From Candidatus Sericytochromatia bacterium (lineage in GTDB: Bacteria > Cyanobacteriota > Sericytochromatia > S15B-MN24 > JAQBPE01): a DNA stretch of 14,685 bases. The translations under genes and the position numbers were made by a program. The DNA lies in assembly GCA_040400605.1 (NCBI GenBank), contig JBBAPZ010000011.1, forward strand, positions 26,105 to 40,789. The letters run 5' to 3'. Under the pieces are notes generated by a model. That model was not told the origin of the DNA and ran no database searches. It worked only from the letters and a program-made list of their open reading frames with translations. Shown in pieces: positions 8,086-14,685 of the stretch. The first letter of the stretch is position 1. Each line of letters opens with the position of its first letter.

Positions 8086-8490
8086 TCATGACCAGGTCTC
8101 TTCCTCTACGAATAACCCGTGCGGATTGTGCCCATAATGATGGGTCCAGTCTTCCCCTTCTTCTGACAACACGCGACAGGGGGTGTTACGCATCAACCAG
8201 GTCACCCATGGTTCCATCTGCGTCAAAATTTCACGCGGCGCATCCTGATGAACCGTGATGCAATCCGGACTCAACGTCACAAAGCCTTGTGTGGCAAGCG
8301 AAATCGAGGACCGTTGGGTCAGTTGTGCCTCCAGATAGCGCGCCATTCCGGCGCTCGCAGCGATGACATAACTTAAGTCCGCTGAACGAGGCAAGCGAAA
8401 ACTGCCCGGCAGGCGCTGGAGTTCGGCTTGGATAGCCGATACATTAAAAGGTTTTCCTGCAGAAGGCAACAGATGATAATGAACCTGCAT
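8086..8490 (-). CDS. Hypothetical 134-aa protein, candidate immunity/partner protein
   Basis: ATG preceded by GGTGGGGT, 11 nt after the stop of the upstream gene; globular composition, no signal peptide. Confidence 0.75.
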   Translation of the reverse strand: MQVHYHLLPSAGKPFNVSAIQAELQRLPGSFRLPRSADLSYVIAASAGMARYLEAQLTQRSSISLATQGFVTLSPDCITVHQDAPREILTQMEPWVTWLMRNTPCRVLSEEGEDWTHHYGHNPHGLFVEEETWS

Positions 8491-8501
8491 ACCCCACCAT
8501 G

Positions 8502-9389
8502 CTAGGCAAAATTGATGTGGGTTCGCGAGGCGAGGTCATCCAGCCACTTTTTACCGGCTGGCGTCTCTGCCCCGAAGGGATTGGACGCATCCGCAGCCCA
8601 CTTCGGCAAGGGATTGCCGGAAGCATCCACCTTGAATGCTTCATTATTGAAGTTGTGTCCACTGGCCCCCGGCGGATACAAGACCGACACGCTCAGGTGC
8701 GGTTGTGGGCGGAAGCGGCTGGTCGGGTCGCCTTCGGGCTTGATCCGCACCATTCCGCCATCCGGGTGAATCCAGACTTCCATCGGCAACTCCTTGCCCG
8801 TGGTGGGATTCAGCACCGGTGCGCCCGTCTGCACATCCCGAATCACACTTTGTTCCAGTTGAAAGCCGCGACGTATCAAATCCTGCCGTACTTCAGCCAG
8901 TGGCTTGTTGATCAAGTTCAACGTCCGCACGGACCCACCCGTCGAACCCATTTTGTAGGACTGGATAGCCCCCGCGAGGCGCGGCGTTAAACTCGTGTTC
9001 CAGATCTTGGACGGATCCCGTTGCAATTGCTCGGCAAAGGTCAAAAAGCGCTCGCCAGCCTGCGCCGCAGAGACAGACGCCGGTGTGGCGAGCGGCCGCG
9101 CCAACCCAGACTGGCCCTGTTGGGTATACAAGGCGGCACGCTTGGGATCGTAAAGCGCCGCCAAGTTACCCGCCGAACCGGACGCAGGCTGTGGGACGGC
9201 AGGGGAGCCGGCAACCGCACGCCCAACAGGAGAACCACCCCCTGCACGTCGCTGCAATGTATCCTGCGCATAACCTCGCGGATTCGGACTGGCGGGATGA
9301 CGCTCTCGAGGCTTCTCACCAGCAACTGGCGCCGGAGATGAAGTCAAACTAGTCAGTTTGCCTAAGATTCCAAGACTCATCTGCGCCAC
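8502..9389 (-). CDS. Hypothetical protein with low-complexity N-terminus and toxin-like C-terminal domain
   Basis: TAAGGA lies upstream of GTG 9389 and ATG 9380. The N-terminal ~110 aa are A/P/S/G-rich. The C-terminal domain has WIHPDGGMVRIKPEGD..RPQPH..EAFKVD..G.PLPK..THINF. Confidence 0.8.
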   Translation of the reverse strand: MAQMSLGILGKLTSLTSSPAPVAGEKPRERHPASPNPRGYAQDTLQRRAGGGSPVGRAVAGSPAVPQPASGSAGNLAALYDPKRAALYTQQGQSGLARPLATPASVSAAQAGERFLTFAEQLQRDPSKIWNTSLTPRLAGAIQSYKMGSTGGSVRTLNLINKPLAEVRQDLIRRGFQLEQSVIRDVQTGAPVLNPTTGKELPMEVWIHPDGGMVRIKPEGDPTSRFRPQPHLSVSVLYPPGASGHNFNNEAFKVDASGNPLPKWAADASNPFGAETPAGKKWLDDLASRTHINFA

Positions 9390-9479
9390 AAGTCCTTATC
9401 CAAACACCTGATTGACGGGTAAACCAGCTTTTGATGTTATCCCGGGTACTGTGCAATACTTGCCTAAATGGGCTGTAAA

Positions 9480-9494
9480 TTAAATCAGTCTTAA
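9480..9494. promoter_or_regulatory. TTAA-N7-TTAA box upstream of the toxin-like gene
   Basis: TTAAatcagtcTTAA, about 90 nt upstream of the 9389 start. Confidence 0.4.
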
Positions 9495-9822
9495 TCTGAT
9501 GTCAGGCAGGCCGACTGAACGGATCGCGCCACTGAGAAACACGGATGTGATGGTTGTTTGAGTATCCTTCGCTTCCCAGCCGTAACGGGTTGTTTCGTGG
9601 CTTGCCGATCCCCCCGTTGACAGGATTATCACTTGATAACGAGGACATCGTGCCGTGAACTGTCATATGCCCGCTGGCATTTGCTGACCAATCTTGGCGT
9701 TCTGCCACGGTAAGACTGTCCAAGCAGTCATTTGTTTTCTTCGCTGAAAATAGCGAAAAGGCGTGCCATTCGGGGTAAAAATATCGTACACGACTCAGGT
9801 GTGGACAAGGGGAAGCTTAACT

Positions 9823-10200
9823 ATGGCATTGTGTCCGAGATGTCGCATTCCGCTGAAAAAACATACGATCACAACGGACGTTGAAAAATGGGAAGTGGAA
9901 GTCGATGCCTGTACGAACAGTTGCGGGGGAGTCTGGTTGCAAGACCACGACTTCAAGGCCGATGCGCGGGCCAATCTGTTGCTGGATTGCGAACTGTACG
10001 TAATCAATCGCGCAGTCAAGCGACTAAAACTGAGTAAACTCGATGAGACAGCCAAATGTCCCGACTGCAAAATACCGATGTATCGTTATGAATGGAATAA
10101 AACAGGGTTGGAGATTGACCAGTGCAAAAAGTGCAAAGGGCGCTGGTTTGACGCAGGTGAGATCCAGAACATCGCCGATGTCTTGCGCAGCAGTAGTTAA
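9823..10200 (+). CDS. Double zinc-ribbon (zf-TFIIB-like) protein
   Basis: Two repeats: CPRC...VDACTNSCGGVWL and CPDC...IDQCKKCKGRWFDAGE. AAGGGGAAG upstream of ATG 9823 favours this start over 9763. Confidence 0.88.
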   Translation: MALCPRCRIPLKKHTITTDVEKWEVEVDACTNSCGGVWLQDHDFKADARANLLLDCELYVINRAVKRLKLSKLDETAKCPDCKIPMYRYEWNKTGLEIDQCKKCKGRWFDAGEIQNIADVLRSSS

Positions 10201-10252
10201 CGGTTGTCAGATTATGGCGTCAATCTCTACATCTTCTGTCTAGCGCACTCTG

Positions 10253-10367
10253 GGAACGCGTTGTTTGGTGATCAAAAAGTGCTAGGTTGTTGAAAATCAG
10301 GACACGACTTCGAGATGTTTTGGCATTCGTTTCATATGATTCAAGCAGCAGCTGTTGCGTCACTGTC
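10253..10367 (+). repeat. Dispersed intergenic repeat, copy C
   Basis: 10253-10276 matches 3862-3885 at 21/24. GATGTTTT 10314-10321 and GCGTCACTGTC 10357-10367 match 3922-3929 and 3965-3975 at an almost constant offset (6391-6392). Confidence 0.75.
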
Positions 10368-10388
10368 GGAAATTTGATATTCCTCGCG

Positions 10389-11585
10389 TCAACTGCGCTT
10401 TCGCTGTCGTTTTTGCCGCAGGCGCTGTAACATTCGAGCAACCACCGCATTGCGCCGTGCCGCCAGGTTATAAATCAAATTTTCCAGTTTGGTGGCCAGG
10501 TTCGCGCTCCAACCAGACTGCTTGAGTATTTGATAAAAACGGGATGCAAAGAACCATCGCCAAGGCGCAGCCAACGCCGGTCGTTGTGGCACGGCTTGCC
10601 CCGCGAGACGCGCGCCCAAGGTTTGCCAGGCACCCTGCACCGATGCCGATAACCCCGCCTGCGGACCGATGATGCGGCGCACCTGACGCTGTGCCAGTTC
10701 ACCGCCTTGCTTGGCAATCGTCTCCAGCGTCTCACTGTGGTCTGCTGCCATTGACATCAACGAGAGACCTGCCCCCACCACTTGAACACTCACATTTACA
10801 GGTGGGGGCGTCAATGCGCCCAGGATCTCCGCGAGATTGCCGGTTAGCGCAGTCAGTGCGGTCAACCGCTCCTTGCCAGTTAAGGCGTGCCACTTTCTGA
10901 GTGTGTCAATGCGCGACATCGCTTCCTTTGTGGAGAGACTCAGGGCCAGAATCGGATTGAGATTGTCCACCAAAACCTTCTTGCCGATTTCAGAACCCAG
11001 CTTGACGGCGCCCTCACCACCCGGCACCATTTGATTGATGCTTTGGGTCAATTCAGCCAGACGCCCCTGAATCCGCTGATCACGCAAGCTGTTCAGCACC
11101 CGCTTCAAAACCGGATCATCCGATTCTGGAACCGTTTGAGGCGCTTTCTTGGCGGTTGCGCGCAAAGCCAGATGCTGCGCTTTCAACCCGTCGTTAATCT
11201 CGTTTGCTGACGCCTCAGGAGCAGGATTCGGCTCCGTATCTAGCCGTGGATCCGCATCCTTCGCACGCAAGGTTGGCGTACCCGCCGCAGCAACTGTATC
11301 CGCCGCGCACGACCGTTTTAATGCAAGCAACGCCTGGATGTCGTGTCGTCTCGCCAACACAGCCGCTGGCCACGTTCCGGTTTCGCAGTCAGGTTCTTCC
11401 GGGGACGGTTGGGACTCATGATCAGGAGGCGAAGGCGAAGCGGGCAGCTCAGCCCGCTTCATAAAGGCTTCCATAATGGTTGGTGCGATACCTTTCAAGT
11501 TGTCCGAAAGCTGATCAGCGCCCAAGGGATTATTCCCCCCGGGCGCTGATGACACTGCATCAACTTGGAAGCCTTTATCAGCCAA
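10389..11585 (-). CDS. Hypothetical 398-aa protein with disordered N-terminus, hydrophobic helical hairpin and basic C-terminus
   Basis: TTG start with GAGG 6 nt upstream, 16 nt after the yccA stop; long uninterrupted ORF. Confidence 0.75.
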   Translation of the reverse strand: MADKGFQVDAVSSAPGGNNPLGADQLSDNLKGIAPTIMEAFMKRAELPASPSPPDHESQPSPEEPDCETGTWPAAVLARRHDIQALLALKRSCAADTVAAAGTPTLRAKDADPRLDTEPNPAPEASANEINDGLKAQHLALRATAKKAPQTVPESDDPVLKRVLNSLRDQRIQGRLAELTQSINQMVPGGEGAVKLGSEIGKKVLVDNLNPILALSLSTKEAMSRIDTLRKWHALTGKERLTALTALTGNLAEILGALTPPPVNVSVQVVGAGLSLMSMAADHSETLETIAKQGGELAQRQVRRIIGPQAGLSASVQGAWQTLGARLAGQAVPQRPALAAPWRWFFASRFYQILKQSGWSANLATKLENLIYNLAARRNAVVARMLQRLRQKRQRKRS

Positions 11586-11601
11586 CCCAAACCTCGTTCA
11601 A

Positions 11602-12306
11602 TCAATCGTCGTTGCTGCCCATTAAACCAAACAACTGCAAAATGGACTGGAACAAACCAATGAACGCGATGAACAAACCAAGCGCCGCCCCCACGTAATC
11701 CTCATCAGCATAGCTCTCACGGATCATCGACATCTCATACACCGTGAAAGCACTGAACAAGCCCACGCTCACAATGGACGTCACCAACGACAATGCACCC
11801 GACTGAAAGACAAACGCGTTCAGCAGACCCGTCACCAGTAACGCCAAAACACCAACAAAAATGAACCCACCCAAGTTGCTGAAGTCACGCTTGCTCACCA
11901 ACCCATAAACTGCCAAGCCGCCAAACGTGATCATCGTGACGGTCAACGCCTGCGTGATCAACATCAATCCACCCTTGGCCCCCACATAAGACAGCAAAGG
12001 CACCATCGTCACACCCGCGAGCAACGCATAAACGAAAAACAGGACCTTGTTCAATCCCTCCTTGCGCTGCCACACTCCCGACGTAAACACCAAACCCAAC
12101 TCAACGATCGCAAGCGCCATCAGCGCAAACATCGGAACCCCTGCCGCCAACATCTGCAGACCACCATACACGCCAGCCGCAGTGACACCCAACGCGATGC
12201 CAAACATCGGCATCACCCGCGCTGTAAAAGTGTGCTTGCTCATCGCGCCCCAACGCGCGTCTTGCATATCCCCAATGTGACGAATACGCTCCATTTCAAA
12301 CGACAT
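11602..12306 (-). CDS. yccA: Bax inhibitor-1/YccA family membrane protein
   Basis: About 7 TM helices; QALTVT..TFGGLAVYGLVSKRDFSNLGG and DYVGAALGLFIAFIGLFQSILQLFG; strong RBS AAGGAGGAG. Confidence 0.93.
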   Translation of the reverse strand: MSFEMERIRHIGDMQDARWGAMSKHTFTARVMPMFGIALGVTAAGVYGGLQMLAAGVPMFALMALAIVELGLVFTSGVWQRKEGLNKVLFFVYALLAGVTMVPLLSYVGAKGGLMLITQALTVTMITFGGLAVYGLVSKRDFSNLGGFIFVGVLALLVTGLLNAFVFQSGALSLVTSIVSVGLFSAFTVYEMSMIRESYADEDYVGAALGLFIAFIGLFQSILQLFGLMGSNDD

Positions 12307-12403
12307 GTCGTCTCCTCCTTACGCAACGGATGCCACCTTGCCCCCGTCAAACACCCCTGAACCAGGCAACTGCAACCAGATCCCCAACCCATAGAGCATC
12401 ACT

Positions 12404-12433
12404 ATCATATCGTACCCAATTTGCAATGTTCAA
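12404..12433 (-). promoter_or_regulatory. Possible sigma-70 promoter for yccA
   Basis: Minus strand TTGAAC, 18 nt, TATGAT, about 100 nt upstream of the ATG. Confidence 0.35.
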
Positions 12434-12763
12434 TAGCAACCTGTCCCACGCCGTAACCACCAGCAGGGAACCACCAATTTCACCGATCTGACGACAACCA
12501 CCAGGCCAAGACGTTAGAACCAAGACTGATTCCGGGTGATACTTGCGGTAGTGTACCAACGCGCACTCAACGAACAATCGGTCAATCTGATGGATGGCAC
12601 CAGCGGTCAAGTCCCTCTCCCCGAACACTAAGCAGTTTGACATGTGTTATGGTGGTACGTGATTTGTACAGCATCGTTTCAGGCGATCGTTCATCCTTGG
12701 CATGGCCTGCACCCTGCCAAGCGCCTGGAGTGAGCCTCTCATGAGCAGGACCGCGTAAAATCC

Positions 12764-13363
12764 ATGACTTGGCGTCGTTACATTTTGACCGGCTGGCTCG
12801 GGTTGGCATTGTCTGCCTGCGATGCTGTCACTGAATCAAGCCAAGCCCCGTTTCCGCATGCCATCATGACGCCTCAGCCGGCCAAAACCTTGCCTGACCT
12901 CACCCTGACTGACGGCACCGGCTCTGAAAACAAACTGTCCAATCTGAACGGCAAATGGATCTGGCTCTACTTCGGCTTTACCCATTGCCCTGACGTCTGT
13001 CCCGTGGCAATGGATGCCATGGTGGGCCAATACAAAAAACTGAAACAAGCCGATCAGGTCCTGCCTGTCTTCGTCTCCGTTGATCCCAAGCGCGACGCCA
13101 ACCGAGCATTGAAGACCTTCACCACCTATTACCACCCTGCCTTTCTCGGTTTGACCGGCAAACGTGAGGCCATCGACGAACTGACCCGCGCGGTGGGCGC
13201 TGCCTACGTCATCGACACACCTGCCAAACCCGGTGGCGACTACAACGTCAGCCACAGCAATCTTGTCTTTGTACTTGACCCCCAAGGCCGACACGTTGCT
13301 ACCTATACCCCGGAAGAAAAAGCGCTGGCAGACGACTTTAATGCCTTGTTGACGGAGAAGTGA
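12764..13363 (+). CDS. SCO (Sco1/SenC) family copper-binding lipoprotein
   Basis: Lipobox LSAC; FGFTHCPDVCP (CxxxC); VSVDPKRD; conserved His in YNVSHS. Confidence 0.95.
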   Translation: MTWRRYILTGWLGLALSACDAVTESSQAPFPHAIMTPQPAKTLPDLTLTDGTGSENKLSNLNGKWIWLYFGFTHCPDVCPVAMDAMVGQYKKLKQADQVLPVFVSVDPKRDANRALKTFTTYYHPAFLGLTGKREAIDELTRAVGAAYVIDTPAKPGGDYNVSHSNLVFVLDPQGRHVATYTPEEKALADDFNALLTEK

Positions 13364-13959
13364 CCGTGCGTGCAACCATCACCCGGTGCCTGAGTGCCAT
13401 TGCCATCCTGGGTTTTGCGAATCAATCCGTCGCGGCCGAACGCCACGCGGACAGCGACGCCTCGCGATCACAAACCACGGCCAACCAATTGCGCCATCAA
13501 GTAGCGCTAAGCCCCCACCAATCGCCAGGGAAGGCTGAAAAACGTGGCGTTGCCAATGGCGGTTGCATCCCGGCACCAAATCTGCACATCGCAGATGCGT
13601 GGATCCGCCAACCCCCACCCGGTGCACGCATGCTGGCGGGCTATATCACGTTTCAAAACACCACCAGCCGAAACCTGGCCCTCACGTCGGCCACCTGCGA
13701 CGCCTTCGAGGAGGTGCAGATTCATACAATCACCCGTGACCAAGTCAGCGGCATGGTGCGCATGGTTCGACTGAAAGAACTGGTCATCCCTGCCAACCAA
13801 ACCCTTGTCATGGCTCCCGGGCACGATCACCTGATGCTCATCGGACCCAAACGCGACATTCTAGCAGGCGAAAAATTAACCCTCAGACTCTTTTTCAGTG
13901 ACGGGACCCTCAAAGAATGCTACCCCGACGTGCGCGGGCGCGCCAAATCTGCCAACTGA
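13360..13959 (+). CDS. Periplasmic copper chaperone PCu(A)C
   Basis: Signal peptide; IADAWIR..PPG...AGY; H-x12-M-x21-H-x-M copper motif; GTGA overlap with the SCO stop. Confidence 0.93.
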   Translation: MTVRATITRCLSAIAILGFANQSVAAERHADSDASRSQTTANQLRHQVALSPHQSPGKAEKRGVANGGCIPAPNLHIADAWIRQPPPGARMLAGYITFQNTTSRNLALTSATCDAFEEVQIHTITRDQVSGMVRMVRLKELVIPANQTLVMAPGHDHLMLIGPKRDILAGEKLTLRLFFSDGTLKECYPDVRGRAKSAN

Positions 13960-14330
13960 TGGAACGGCTTTAACTCTTCCCAACCTACGCGCGGGCATTC
14001 AGTCACATGAGCAAACACCAAGATGACAAAGCCCCTTGATATCGGATCACATCTTTCACTCAACTGATCCCAGGCTTGCCGCGCCTCGCCCGGCACAGAT
14101 CGGACGCTACATCGCGCCTTGATTGCAAGCTGCCGGTGGGCACTAACCGAACGGATACTGGTCAGTTTGCGGCGCAAAATCCTGGAAACCAAGTTATCGC
14201 CTTATCTCTTGAAAGTATCTGTTCCAAAAAACGTTCTAAACCAGGTTACAAACAAGGTACCCTGAAACAGGATTCCAAGGGTTGTTTCAGGCACTTTCTG
14301 ACTTGATGAAGTGGCGAACAGGCAATGAAC

Positions 14331-14355
14331 CGGGCCTTGTTTGGCCCGCCCTTTT
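14331..14355 (+). terminator. Possible weak intrinsic terminator
   Basis: CGGGCC-ttgttt-GGCCCG followed by cccTTTT; the U-tract is short and offset. Confidence 0.25.
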
Positions 14356-14631
14356 CGAACATTTTCAGGGAACCATTGTTTGTGCTCACTGTTTGATTCT
14401 TAACAAAAGCGAATAACACCAAGCGTCACACATAATATTTCAACGGAAATCAGCGCTGATTTGATGCAAAAAAGATGGATTGTGAACGACGGGTTGCGCT
14501 CGTTGCACCATGCTTGTAAGTGAATAGAAGCAAGCGGTACGAACGCTGCTTCCACAATAAACTGCACACCAATCATGCGGTGTTTGGGTTTTTCAGTCCA
14601 CGGATGATGCTCGCTGCTTCATTCTTGGGCA

Positions 14632-14665
14632 TTAACACCTTAGTAATATTTTAATTACATTTTAA
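14632..14665. promoter_or_regulatory. Tandem TTAA-N7-(T/G)TAA boxes, likely in the promoter of a gene beyond the window
   Basis: TTAAcaccttaGTAA 14632-14646 and TTAAttacattTTAA 14651-14665. Confidence 0.45.
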
Positions 14666-14685
14666 GAAACTATTTTATCAGATCG

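Noticed and set aside
9396..9404. DnaA-box-like TTATCCAAA
   Set aside because: A single mismatched 9-mer overlapping an RBS; no cluster and no oriC context.
9502..9723. 73-aa minus-strand ORF
   Set aside because: TTG start without a clear RBS, no motif, and it overlaps a repeat fragment and a palindrome.
3862..10367. Dispersed repeats as a CRISPR array or an IS
   Set aside because: Copies are kilobases apart, diverged and in both orientations; no cas or transposase gene in the window.
12347..12643. 98-aa minus-strand ORF upstream of yccA
   Set aside because: No RBS or recognisable motif, it contains the likely yccA promoter, and strong strand skew makes chance open frames likely. Not fully excluded.
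285..13830. Many antisense and out-of-frame ORFs in the track (e.g. 406-1062 -, 8499-8990 +, 12836-13375 -)
   Set aside because: Shadow ORFs overlapping better-supported genes in GC-rich DNA.
14250..14300. c-di-GMP-I riboswitch (GAAA-containing hairpin)
   Set aside because: Lacks the GGCAAAC...GACGCAAA core.

Overview
Moderately GC-rich bacterial chromosomal window with about 12 protein genes and no rRNA, tRNA, CRISPR array or transposase. A DUF3370-type gene and a Gly-rich 'IVSQGGGNLIG' segment suggest a cyanobacteria-related lineage such as Ca. Sericytochromatia (inference from memory, untested). In order: 3' part of a probable surface protein coupled to a DAACS (GltP-like) symporter; a shortened six-hairpin glycosidase-like protein; a small secreted peptide; a GT-like/helical/acyltransferase fusion; a DUF3370 protein; a candidate toxin-immunity pair; a double zinc-ribbon protein; a yccA + hypothetical pair; and SCO + PCu(A)C copper chaperones. 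Main unexplained signals: (1) a diverged repeat of about 110-140 bp with copies or fragments in most long intergenic regions, in both orientations; (2) the candidate toxin-immunity module; (3) three TTAA-N7-TTAA boxes; (4) a perfect palindrome with the -10 element of the DUF3370 promoter in its loop; (5) G/C skew that changes sign across the window. All alignments and counts were made by eye.
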